Below are positions 19,609 through 30,146 of a stretch of DNA of 64,000 bases, piece by piece. The notes beneath the pieces were generated by a model. It had not been told where the DNA came from and made no database searches. It saw only the letters and a list, made by a program, of their open reading frames with translations. Origin of the DNA: Barthelona sp. PCE (taxonomy: Eukaryota); NCBI GenBank assembly GCA_040285745.1, contig JAUFOR010000003.1:992001-1056000 (forward strand), written 5' to 3'. Position 1 is the first letter of the stretch. Each line of letters begins with the position of its first letter. The position numbers and the translations under genes were made by a program.

Positions 19609-21438
19609 ATGATCAAAGTGGAAGTAAGTGATATCCCTGGTTTTGGTGATGCAGAAATAAGCTTTGAAGACGGGGGATTGTTTATTTCGCAACAATGTGG
19701 ACGTATTCCTCAATTTTTCGATGTTGATACTCATTTAGAAGAAGTTCTTGCGGGCCTGAGTAGAGCTTCGCACGTTCCTAAGCATAAATTTGGTGGACGT
19801 GTTTGGGAAAGACTGTGGTGCTGTCCAACAGATCATATGCATTATGTCACAGTCAGTTCCATGTTTCTGACAAATCCATCATTCGTTCTTTTCGATGTTT
19901 TGGGTTCAGATATACAGTATTCTGGCATTATTGATATTAAGGGGAACATTTTTAAGCACGATACCATCTTCATGATCGATAGTGAAACGATTGCTAAACA
20001 GAATGAGAGCGAAACATACTCGCTGTGGAAACGTGTTGATGGTAAGTTTGTGTGCAAGTCACGAGCGATGCATTTCGACCCTAATAAGCATTCGGGGTTT
20101 CTTGGGCAACAGTTTTGCTACGAACATAGGTATTATGGTGCTTGTCTTGACAACTTTGACAATGTTGGAACAGACGATAGCGATGGTATATATGACTACT
20201 TCGAGCTAGAGGTTAACATGTACATTTGCAAAAGAGCTGAGTGTGCTATTATGTGTATACCTGAGGAAAAAAAAGTTGATGTCTTTTACGTTCGTAAACA
20301 CTTCCCAGGATTCGAACCCTTTGTATACCACATCTCGGATGATTTCCCTCTGTTCAGTAGTGAATTGTTTGACATGAGCACTGTTGAGTTCTGGGCTATA
20401 AATACCTTTGAAAAGACCTTGGTGGTTGAGGCATGCCTTACATGTAACACATTACCATCGTTCGTTGTGTTTAAAGGGGGCGAAATGCGTGTCATCAACT
20501 TAGGTTTTAATTCAAGAGGTCTGAATCTCCCACGTACTGTTTTCACCCCCAAATTCAATAATCTCCACCTCCTCCCCTTTGCATTTACCTTTAGGAGGAA
20601 CGCTTTGTGTACTATGGACACGGGGGACCTTATAAAGAAGCAGCTTTTCGCGATTCCGTGTTTGTCTAGGTTTTCTTTCATTTCGCAGTTGGGTATTGGT
20701 TTTAAGACAGCAGACAACTTTATTTTTATTAATATCCCTGGGAACACAGTGTGGTATTATAAGAGACAGCAGATGGGATTCAGGAAGGACGACATGTCTT
20801 TTTCGTGCAACTTGCTCAAAATTGCCAACACTGATATACTTGCTGGAAAGACTAAAAATCGATTTATATGCTTCCAAAGTACGTCACCGCGTGTCAGTGA
20901 GCGCATAGAACTGCATCCAACGGGAATTTTGCGCCGTGAAGCGTTTTTGATTGATAGTGAATTCATTATTTGTGATGTGGGGGAAAAAAGAACCATCATC
21001 CATCTTTCAAACGAAGAATCCTGTGAGATTGAGCATGATATTTGTTTAGAAACAGATATATTGATGGATGAGTCCAATCTTTGCTTGCGTTTCAGCAACG
21101 TTGTTGTTCGTGTATCAGGAAACTGTGTGATCACAACTCCTGATTTGTCCGGTAAACAGGGTGCATTCCTGGGATTCCTGTCAGAACAGCTTCACCTGTT
21201 TTCAAAAGGAATTTTTCACGTTGATGGAAATGCTGTAGCACGTTTTAACCAAGACGCAACATTATCAAATACATATTTCTGTAATTGTACTCTAGTACTA
21301 ACTAGCATTGATCATGCTACAGTTACACAACATAAATATTTGCTGTCGGAAGACAGTGCTGATGTCAGAGTCCATGTGTTTAATATGGATGAGTGGCTTA
21401 CTACAGCCAAGTACCTACCGCTATTTTCAATGACTTGA
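19609..21438 (+). CDS. hypothetical protein, lineage-specific ~600-aa family
   Basis: 609-aa ORF, F/C/D-rich and beta-like; termini resemble the ORFs at 24550 and 26507. Confidence 0.7.
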   Translation: MIKVEVSDIPGFGDAEISFEDGGLFISQQCGRIPQFFDVDTHLEEVLAGLSRASHVPKHKFGGRVWERLWCCPTDHMHYVTVSSMFLTNPSFVLFDVLGSDIQYSGIIDIKGNIFKHDTIFMIDSETIAKQNESETYSLWKRVDGKFVCKSRAMHFDPNKHSGFLGQQFCYEHRYYGACLDNFDNVGTDDSDGIYDYFELEVNMYICKRAECAIMCIPEEKKVDVFYVRKHFPGFEPFVYHISDDFPLFSSELFDMSTVEFWAINTFEKTLVVEACLTCNTLPSFVVFKGGEMRVINLGFNSRGLNLPRTVFTPKFNNLHLLPFAFTFRRNALCTMDTGDLIKKQLFAIPCLSRFSFISQLGIGFKTADNFIFINIPGNTVWYYKRQQMGFRKDDMSFSCNLLKIANTDILAGKTKNRFICFQSTSPRVSERIELHPTGILRREAFLIDSEFIICDVGEKRTIIHLSNEESCEIEHDICLETDILMDESNLCLRFSNVVVRVSGNCVITTPDLSGKQGAFLGFLSEQLHLFSKGIFHVDGNAVARFNQDATLSNTYFCNCTLVLTSIDHATVTQHKYLLSEDSADVRVHVFNMDEWLTTAKYLPLFSMT

Positions 21439-21575
21439 TCATTTTTTGAAGTGAAAAATTGCAGTATTGTAAATAAGAAGGAACCTTAAAATTGAAATAC
21501 ACCCGCATACGTTCTATTCCATTCTCTGTTCAAAATCAAGTAACGTGCTATTTCGTAGTAGTAAATCTATCGTAC

Positions 21576-23557
21576 ATTCCGGATTTCGTTTTTTTACTAT
21601 TTTTTAGGGGGTGGGATCTCAATTACCCGACCTCGATCTTAGGAACTTATTTACGCCATCCAACTAGATATCTGTCAGTAAACATGCATGGATCCGAGTG
21701 AACTCAGCCCTTGTGAAGTCACTTATGGGGTGGGATCAAGTCACAGAGTAATAGTAGGTTGGTAGATATATGAGGGTGTAGCCTGTGTTGGGTTGTAATA
21801 TGGGGCAGGAGCTACTGGTTCAATGGAATTAAAAGATGGTTGAACAACATTAAATGCCTGTTCCATATGATGTTGAGGTTCTGTATTATGTTCAGGAGCA
21901 GTTGTCACTACAGGAATAGCAGCTACTGCAGGTGTGGGACGAGGGGCATTGACGAAAGGAGATGTATTCGTCCCATCACAAACAACAGAAACATGATCAC
22001 GACGAACTTGAGCTTCAGCACTAGTCTTCTTCAAGTAGCAAACTAAAAAAACAACAAGAAGTATGCAAAAAACAGCATAGCTGCCCCTGATATGTTTGGG
22101 TATAAAGGCCAATGCCGATATACAAACATAAATCAAACATCCAACGCAACAGTTGAACTTTTTACGATGAGCTGTGGCTGCTTCGCGGCGTCTTATGTTC
22201 TCAGGATCTGATTCATTACTGGTTTGAGATATTTGAGCTTTTCCCACCATTTGAAATAGGAAAGGTATTGTAAAACAACTTGTGATGTTATTCTTTTCTC
22301 GTTACTTAGCTTTTGCTGAAATTTTAACAGCGTGTAAGGTGATCAATGAAAGCTAAAATCGTCTTTTTTTCTAGATTCTGAAATTTTTTTTCTTTCCAGA
22401 ATCAAGGTTTTATTCAATTAATGTTTAATGATATCCATATGAATCCTTAAAAAAGCAACTTTTGGATTTTTAAAAGATAGTTTAGATAGTGTATCTTCTT
22501 TCATCTCCCTTTCGGTAGTATGAATGTATCGAATCAAAGAAAAGGTAGTAAATGTCGCTTAGGCCAACTTTTTAGTAGTATTAGAACTGTATGATTCACC
22601 ATAGTTCCTTCCCTTATTTGCAGCGGTAGTAAAGCCTGAAACTTTGATGATTTACAGAGATCTAAGTTTGGGTATGGCGGTTGCTTAGTTCACTTATATC
22701 AAGGTTACCTATTTTCTTTTGTATATTTTATACCTATTTATTAGTATCGAGGGACTTTAGCACACCGACCCCGGTGATTCAACCCTGCTTCGTGTTCCAT
22801 TCTCTAATTGTTCATCAATCTGATCTTGATCGGTTGCATGAATTGTTAATACGCAAGAAATTGATTGTTTCATCATGTTTATACTTTGTATTTAAACCAT
22901 TTCTAGTTGGTTTTCATTTGGTCCCGTTTTTTCTCCATGTTCGAGGCAGTAAAAAACTAATCTGTACTTAAAATTTCGAATGAGTCTTTTTGCCAGTTTT
23001 CTGAATTCCACTTTTGATAGTTTCCTCCACACTTCATGGCTCGCTTTTTTATAAGAGAAGTAAGTTATTTGAGATATCTGCACCTTTAAAGATTGTATGT
23101 AAGAAAGAAATTGTTTGAATTAGAAGTAACATCAAAAGCTAAAACTTCATTTAATCAATTTTGTTAATGTATTCAATGTCAAACTCATGTATCCGACCAC
23201 ATGAATGACATTAAATGAATAAGTAATGTTTCCACACAAAAATGTTTGTTGAGACTTTTACTTCTTATTGGTCATGTTGTGATTGTTATTTTGGATTGGA
23301 AAGGTTTTAGATGTGTTGGTGGTGGTGATGGATATCAAGATTGTATTCGCCAAACGGCCGGTATTGTATGTAGTGTTGTAATCTTGGAAAATGGTAGTTC
23401 AAAATCGTTCAAAGAAAGAAAGAGAGGAAGCTGTTTGTAACATCAAATTAAGAAGAAGTGTGGAAAGACGTCAAAAAAAAAATGACTTTGACTTTATTTA
23501 CTACGCGAGTTCACTCTATCTAATCCATGCATGTTTGTAAAAGGAGAAATCCGGAAT
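21576..23557. mobile_element. probable decayed TIR DNA transposon-like element
   Basis: Inverted repeats: 21680-21705 vs 23507-23536 (10 bp and 14 bp perfect blocks) and 21576-21597 vs 23537-23557. Broken minus-strand frame at 22892-23083 has a Tc1/mariner-like C-terminal pattern. Confidence 0.4.
21741..22250 (-). CDS. small two-TM membrane protein with Pro/Tyr-rich tail
   Basis: Two hydrophobic helices, then a P/A/Q-rich tail with PAPYY. Confidence 0.6.
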   Translation of the reverse strand: MVGKAQISQTSNESDPENIRRREAATAHRKKFNCCVGCLIYVCISALAFIPKHIRGSYAVFCILLVVFLVCYLKKTSAEAQVRRDHVSVVCDGTNTSPFVNAPRPTPAVAAIPVVTTAPEHNTEPQHHMEQAFNVVQPSFNSIEPVAPAPYYNPTQATPSYIYQPTITL

Positions 23558-23591
23558 TCATTATTCAACAAAAAAAGTGCATGCAAAAAAG

Positions 23592-23664
23592 CGCCTGGGT
23601 GAGGACTTGAACCTCAGACCTTCTGATTAACAGTCAGATGCTCTACCGACTAAGCTACCCGGGC
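23592..23664 (-). tRNA. tRNA-Asn(GTT)
   Basis: Cloverleaf GCCCGGG-TAGCTTAGTCGGTAGAGC-A-TCTGA CTGTTAA TCAGA-...GTTCAAGTC...CCCAGGC-G, followed by a T6 Pol III terminator. Confidence 0.93.
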
Positions 23665-23741
23665 CACTGATTTCGGAAATGTGTTATAAATTATTAATAT
23701 TGTGTCTTTTATTACTCATTGCAATTTTAATACTATAAAAA

Positions 23742-23822
23742 CGCATGTACTAGGATTTGAACCTAGGAGCCCGGAGGCACACGCTTTCTAGGCGCACCGA
23801 ATAACCGCTATCGCATACATGC
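23742..23822 (-). tRNA. tRNA-Ser(AGA)
   Basis: Acceptor stem GCATGTA/TACATGC, anticodon arm TGCGC CTAGAAA GCGTG, long variable arm, CTAGG TTCAAAT CCTAG, discriminator G, downstream T-run. Confidence 0.9.
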
Positions 23823-24549
23823 TATTCGGAAATAAACAAATAAAATATGTGATTATCTTTTTTAACTTAGGAAAAAGTAAGTAGGTCATAGAGGTATAAA
23901 TAGCTTATATTCAAGTTCATTAGATGATTTTCAATATTGTAATTTTTCTTAAAAGTGTATACTACAATTGTATGAAATTTTAAATTTTTTTATCTTCATT
24001 TTTATATTTTTTCCATTATTAAAATATAAAATAGACTATAAAATTATTTAATAAAGCAAAATTAAGTGTTAAAATAATAAAATAAAGTGTTTTATAGTTT
24101 CTAAAAGTTTCTTATTAGCTTTAAATTAAAAATTTTTTGAATGTATGATAAAAAACAACCAATAATATCTATAATGCAACATATTTAATGCAACATATGT
24201 GAAAATATGCTCTCAATAAAAACCTGCGTTAAAAATTGAGCTTTTTTAGTTTCTGCAATAATAATATTTTTACAGTACTTTACATTCTTAAAAATATAAC
24301 ACAAAACACCCATTACTATTAAAATATTGGTTTTAGCATCTTATATATTTATATATATGTAAAATCCTATATATGCATCTATGAATATGAATATCCATAT
24401 CATTGTGTTGTAAATTATTATATTTAAAGAAAACACCAAAGGATCTGCATGCATTATTGAACTACTATTTGCTACAATATTTCTTACCTTGTTTTATTAT
24501 TTTTTTATTTGTTTCTTGCAATTTAGGCCAGATTCAAGTTGATACAAAA

Positions 24550-26409
24550 ATGAGAAACGAGTATATTTATCAAAGGGACGCACATCACGATTATCCAGAT
24601 TCAGCATGTTGTATAGTTAGTGAGACACTTATGATTGTCAACCCATTTGATAAATCACTTCCTGGGATCCACTGTAACTATTTTTTGAAGGGAATTAGAT
24701 CAGTGGCTCAGCCAGAGGTCGAAGTGTTTAATCGATGCTGTCTTAACAAAGAAACATATAATTCATGTTTTTGGGCTTCAACAAAGGAAGGTTGTACCAT
24801 TCCACCACCTCAAGATGGTAATAGATGGCGTTTAACATTTTATTTTTTTCAGTTTCCATCATTTAATCGGTTTTCCGAAATTAAGCTGGGTTTTCCTAAT
24901 GAAGAAGTATTTGCTTTGTCTCCACATGCCTTCTTATTTGTTCATTTTGGTCAGAAAAGCCTAATTAGGCGAGACTATTCTGATGATTATTCATCATACG
25001 AAGACTTCGCATTAGTCATTGCCGATGATTATCATGGATGTGATCTATGGCTTGTTTCAGGTGCTTCTGATCCTTTGTTTCCAGGGGGTGTATGTATGAA
25101 GTCGGGAATTTATTTTTTTGAGAATGATCGATTTTTTCCAGCCGATAACATATATGGTGGCTTTGATAATTTATCAGGGGCAATTATTGGAATGGGTTCA
25201 ACAATGTATGCTGTTTTTCAAGACTCACTATTTGAGCTTCCAATAATTATTGATGAATATATTTCAGGAGCACATTTTTTTGCTTTTGGTATTTCCAGTA
25301 CCTTCACCCATTTTGTTTTGGGATATCGGGGGAAATACATTACCGAACAGGGTACAGTGCCTATGGATCACAGGTTTCCTTATCGTGGATGGACACTTGC
25401 CGAGACTTTTGACTACACATCGGATTATTGTTATGGTTCCAGGATATTTGCAATTAAGAGGGACATGATCAGGGACTACGTTCCAATCGATCGAAGTAAT
25501 GTGTTACTGAGAGCTTATCTTGTTCCTAAGGCTATTAAAGTGTTAGATGAAAATACGCTTTTTGTTAAAGGAAGCGATTTTCCAGTCATTTTCTTTCTAG
25601 ATAGACATGAAATATGGACTGTACCTATTGTTTATGGTCAGGATGTTGATGTGAGTATAGATAGCATGCAGGATTTTTCAGGAATGAATCCAATTAGTTT
25701 TAAGGTTCATAACGGTAAGTATGCAGCTATTGTAACGTTGGAGGACGGATCGGCATCTGAGCAAGTGTTTGAGACGGGTGTTTCGAAGTCACATTTAAGC
25801 TCTAAAGATTACTTTTTGTTGCATGAAATCGATACAATATATATTAATTGCGTTCCTTTCCGTCCACAGTTCAGGTTTTCCAGTCCTTGTATTGTTAAAG
25901 ATAAGTTGTTTGTGCGTCTGTTGGATGCATTTAACACTTACGTCTACAGAATTGTTGATAATGTACCTCAATTTATCGCCAGAATTGAAGGATGGTACCA
26001 ATTCTCACAGTACAGTGATCGTGTTGGCGTCCGAACAGACCATATAGGATCTGGTATTGCTCTCTTCGATGATAACTATGCGATTCTTACTTTCGTCCGT
26101 TTAGCCCATAATATGTTGAACTTATGTGGTGACTGCACTGTGTATAATCGACACAGTACAGCAAATCATATCGATTTTGAAGCTAAGGATGTTACAAAAC
26201 ATACGTTTACATGTTATAATGAAATGACGGGTTATAACAATGTGGTATATCGATGTAGCTATGAGGATAATCTGAGAGGAAGAGTTTCCATCACAAGAAG
26301 AGATTTGATAAGAATGGAGGAACGAACGGAGGTTGTTGACTTTATTGACTTTGCTTGTAGTAGCAAAATTATTCATTTTGAAGGTACAAACCCACTTCCT
26401 GAGGATTGA
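24550..26409 (+). CDS. hypothetical protein, lineage-specific ~600-aa family
   Basis: Long ORF, likely start ATG 24550; composition and termini similar to its neighbours. Confidence 0.7.
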   Translation: MRNEYIYQRDAHHDYPDSACCIVSETLMIVNPFDKSLPGIHCNYFLKGIRSVAQPEVEVFNRCCLNKETYNSCFWASTKEGCTIPPPQDGNRWRLTFYFFQFPSFNRFSEIKLGFPNEEVFALSPHAFLFVHFGQKSLIRRDYSDDYSSYEDFALVIADDYHGCDLWLVSGASDPLFPGGVCMKSGIYFFENDRFFPADNIYGGFDNLSGAIIGMGSTMYAVFQDSLFELPIIIDEYISGAHFFAFGISSTFTHFVLGYRGKYITEQGTVPMDHRFPYRGWTLAETFDYTSDYCYGSRIFAIKRDMIRDYVPIDRSNVLLRAYLVPKAIKVLDENTLFVKGSDFPVIFFLDRHEIWTVPIVYGQDVDVSIDSMQDFSGMNPISFKVHNGKYAAIVTLEDGSASEQVFETGVSKSHLSSKDYFLLHEIDTIYINCVPFRPQFRFSSPCIVKDKLFVRLLDAFNTYVYRIVDNVPQFIARIEGWYQFSQYSDRVGVRTDHIGSGIALFDDNYAILTFVRLAHNMLNLCGDCTVYNRHSTANHIDFEAKDVTKHTFTCYNEMTGYNNVVYRCSYEDNLRGRVSITRRDLIRMEERTEVVDFIDFACSSKIIHFEGTNPLPED

Positions 26410-26506
26410 TTAGTGTCATTCAGATTGATAATTGATGGGAAATAAATTTTGTTGTGATTGTAATTATTTCACTCTCAACGAATTTAGATAACGAGAGTTT
26501 GACAAT

Positions 26507-28462
26507 ATGGAAGACTTTGAAGGGAGCACAGCATTTGTAGACGTATTTGAAGAGGGTTTTTTTGTTTCACCTTCATTTTTGGGTCCTTTAACGGAAATTA
26601 ATGATACATGTGATTTAAATGTGTTCGAAGAACACAAAAGAACGATAGTTTGTGATATTAATTGTCCTCAAGATCTTGATTCCTTGTACAGCATTCTTTC
26701 CAAGCTTCCTGAAGATTTAAAGGGGTACTACATCCCACCTAGAGGGTATACGCATCAGGGACAATCGTTTTCTGTTATTTTTCTTCAATATGTTGATGGG
26801 GGTTTTGTTTTTGATGAATTGGTAACGTATGAGGCTCCATGTTTCATGAATATCTGCACAGTGATCAACAAGCAAGAATTTATTGTTCATAACGGGTGTG
26901 ACTATGATTATATACGGTTTTATGATGGTAGAACTGATGTTATGAACATTTGTTTGGGATCATTTATATTATATGTTGGTGGATTCGCTGTCTTTTGTAC
27001 TAAAAATGAACTTAAAAGGTTTAAATTACAAGGGAACCGTTTTGTGTTCGAGGTCATTGGAAAAGTTGAGGGAACAGTTAACGTATGTAAGCTGACTGGA
27101 TGCATGGTTGATAATGTGAGGGGTTCAAAGTTTAGTGTGATATATTTTGAAGGAGATAGCTTTCATAGTATCGATTTGTTGAAGGTATTCCCACTTCTAT
27201 CTTCTTTGCAAGAAACAGTAATCAGTAGGATATGGTTGCTCTCAATGTCGCGCAAAGAACTTGTGATAGAGATCTGCGGATTTTTGTATGTTTTCATTGA
27301 GGGAAACTGCTTCTGTTACAGATCAGGATTAAATGCTTTTAGGAACGCTATTCAAATGCCATTTTCACAAGAGTTCAACTATCTACCACACTTTTTTGAT
27401 TCATATTTTGTTGAAAATGGAAAGATTTGGAAGTTGGAAGAAATTGTATCGCCTTTTATAGGTGCATCGTTTACTGATGGTTTAGTCGCCACTTCTGAGA
27501 ACTGTGCCGTGTATTCTAACAAAGATATGCTTTTTGCATTAAATTTTAGCAACAAAAAGGTTCATTTTTTCAAAAAGAGTTATTTAACCTTTTTTCGTAC
27601 ATTCATCGCTTGCGCTAAGGATGGTGTCCGGATGGGCATGGAAAACGTAAAGGGAAAAATTGTAGGGAGTTCCATTATCCGAACAAGGTTGGTGAATGTT
27701 GAAAATCTGTCAGAAGCAGTTGAGGTTGTTAGGATCTACAAAAGCATATACGCATGTCCTGAGTTTGGTATTTTCGATGACGTGGCCCTGTTTGCAAAGT
27801 ATAGATATATTGATGGGAAAAGCGTAGAAGTTTCTATTATTAAGTATGAAGTTTCCACCAAGCAACGAAAGACAGTGTACTGTGAGGTTATTGATAGGCA
27901 GATGGCTAGGGTGAGTAAGTGGTATCGAAACTGTGTTGTCATGGATGTAGGCGACAAAGTTATTATACGCGAGATCAGCGATGACTTGTGGGAACGTGTG
28001 ATGTACATTCCTTTTCGACGATACACTGTCAATCCGTATGACTTTGGGCTTCAGGTTAAGCAGAACAGAAGGGGACATGTACAGTTCATTCGTTCGGAGT
28101 ATGATCGTCAGTATAAGGCGGGAACTTTTTATGCTTTTCTTTCTGCGAATCTGGTATTGTTCAACACTGGTATGTGGCGCATTAGAGCCGACTGCCATGC
28201 AGAACACGTGATTGACTTCGGGTTTGATTTGCAGAGCAGTGAATACCATATCGGAGTGGATATCGTTACCATTTATCATGTTGACAGATCCACCCTTACA
28301 GCACACCATAGAAGGTATGCGTTTGAAGATGAAGATATCTTCGTGGTCGATTGCGTTGAGATTGATGTGCAGATGTTCTTGAAATCTTGCACATACCATG
28401 ATGGTGCGCAATTTCTATCCAGTGAGAATGTGCAGAACGTGATTGACATGCGTGGATGGTAA
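26507..28462 (+). CDS. hypothetical protein, lineage-specific ~600-aa family
   Basis: 651-aa ORF in tandem with the previous gene. Confidence 0.7.
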   Translation: MEDFEGSTAFVDVFEEGFFVSPSFLGPLTEINDTCDLNVFEEHKRTIVCDINCPQDLDSLYSILSKLPEDLKGYYIPPRGYTHQGQSFSVIFLQYVDGGFVFDELVTYEAPCFMNICTVINKQEFIVHNGCDYDYIRFYDGRTDVMNICLGSFILYVGGFAVFCTKNELKRFKLQGNRFVFEVIGKVEGTVNVCKLTGCMVDNVRGSKFSVIYFEGDSFHSIDLLKVFPLLSSLQETVISRIWLLSMSRKELVIEICGFLYVFIEGNCFCYRSGLNAFRNAIQMPFSQEFNYLPHFFDSYFVENGKIWKLEEIVSPFIGASFTDGLVATSENCAVYSNKDMLFALNFSNKKVHFFKKSYLTFFRTFIACAKDGVRMGMENVKGKIVGSSIIRTRLVNVENLSEAVEVVRIYKSIYACPEFGIFDDVALFAKYRYIDGKSVEVSIIKYEVSTKQRKTVYCEVIDRQMARVSKWYRNCVVMDVGDKVIIREISDDLWERVMYIPFRRYTVNPYDFGLQVKQNRRGHVQFIRSEYDRQYKAGTFYAFLSANLVLFNTGMWRIRADCHAEHVIDFGFDLQSSEYHIGVDIVTIYHVDRSTLTAHHRRYAFEDEDIFVVDCVEIDVQMFLKSCTYHDGAQFLSSENVQNVIDMRGW

Positions 28463-28473
28463 TATTTTACTGT

Positions 28474-29778
28474 TTAGAAGTATCCGTCGAGACCGTCAAA
28501 ATCGCTGTTCTCTTCTTGAGATAGATCATCATCCAAGATATCCATATCCCAGTCCAGTTTGTAGAAGGTTTTTCCTCCAATGCCGTATGTTTGTAAAAAC
28601 TGAAATCCAGCATCTGTTGAAGCTGAGATAAAAGTAATTTTGGTTTTGAGCGTTAAGGCATTATCAATAAGCCAGTCCGTTAATGGCTCAGCGGTTTCAC
28701 AATCTTCTAGATCAGGTTCGGCTGTTGTGTAACGCACATTATTGTCCATTTCTACTCGGTATCCAACCAAGTCTTCAGAGACAACAAGGTGTTCAACACA
28801 ACCCATGTCAACAGCTTTCATCGTTTCCACAACACCGTACACAATGAGCTCAGGGTTGAGAGTAACATCTTCGAAAAATTCATTGGCAGCACGACGTTCC
28901 TTGTTGAAGTGAAGATCAGCTAACAAATTATCACACTTTTGGATGGCTTCACGGAAACCTGAACGACCACCATATGCAACAGTTACTGTTCCAAGTATAA
29001 GAGGTTTGAGACGGTAATGGATATCTTGGTGTTGACAGAACTCGTGCTTAAAGTCTGCACTTCCAGCAAGGATTAATCCCTGAATGTTTGGGGTTGAATC
29101 ATCGTTGACGAAGATGCTGTTGCACACATCGACGGCATGGCTGAGATACCATCCGCGTTTTTCAACACGAATACGCTGATATCTATTTTGAGACTGACCG
29201 CCTTGGTTCTGCTTCTTAGGGAGCTCTTCATCAAACATATAAATGATTTCTTGCGTTTGGCCAACCCGACCATACAGCGCACACTTGCCATCAATGACCA
29301 CAATTCCAATGCGATCTCTGTTACAACTTGCAATGAGCTTCTCTATCGGACCGACCCGGAAAGTTGTATCGCAGATGTAAAGGTTGGTTGTAATGGGCAT
29401 AAATGGCTCAAAGCTATAAACAAATTTTTTGAAACTTGAACCTTGATCACAAGGAAGGAAACCTGCGAAAATCACAAGTCCGTTTTTTGGCGTTCGATTA
29501 TAGCTTCTCAGAATGGTCAGGCACGATGACAGACTACCTGTAACATGCACACGTGTAAGACGTGAACGAATCTTTGAGGTTTTTGAAGCCTCTGATTCTA
29601 TACGCTTACGTTGAAGTACGATAGAGGATCCTGATGAGATGTAAATACTGATAAAGGACGTCCCAGTGGATGAATGGTGGCCTCATAAGTTCTGCATCAG
29701 CTTACGAAGCTTGAGAAGATGGAGTTGATGCGTTTCCGCCGATTCATTGGTATTGATGTTGTTACTGGGTGACTTCAT
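28474..29778 (-). CDS. eRF1: divergent eukaryotic release factor 1 with in-frame TGA at codon 32 (readthrough gene or recent pseudogene)
   Basis: ATG 29778 is in frame with ORF 28474-29550: KLRKLMQNL*GHHSSTGTSFISI...SKIRSR...PKNGLVIFAG, YICDTTF, QGGQSQ, GSADFK, YGGRSG and an acidic tail; 434 codons. Confidence 0.88.
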
Positions 29779-30146
29779 CGAATAGTTGTTCAATATTCTA
29801 TGCTCTTTGAAAGGGGAGAGAAGAAAAAGTGTATTGGGTTCAACATTGGATCAAATTCGATATTCAGAGCTATAAGGTGGACCTCTGTGTTTGTCTGTGT
29901 TTTGTAGTTGTATGGGCGACATTGATTCGTTTTGGCAGATTAATTGAGTCTGTATGTATCAATGATAGTGGCTTGAAAAGAAAACTAACATTTTCTTTCA
30001 TCAAATTGACGTGTTACCTCAACTATTCATCATAAGCAATGCATTATTGTGCACACTACTTGTACATATACAACAAATAAAATTGCTGGTGAAAAGAGGC
30101 AATCTGAATTTCACATTTATCCCTTTTCATTAATCATATCAGCTTA

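Noticed and set aside
23823-24400. Very AT-rich stretch (also about 49300-50050) as a possible origin or centromere
   Set aside because: No repeats or periodicity are visible; composition alone is insufficient.
29683-29685. UGA reassignment or selenocysteine as the explanation for the eRF1 stop
   Set aside because: TGA terminates conserved genes in this window and no other gene shows an internal TGA. The position is not a conserved Cys or Trp, and I saw no SECIS-like element.
29682-29705. 24-nt GTAAG...TGAG 'intron' that would remove the eRF1 TGA in frame
   Set aside because: It lacks the GTAT donor and YTMAYWTTTAG acceptor seen in all four supported introns, and it would delete the conserved KL...L helix. 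RNA-seq should still exclude it.
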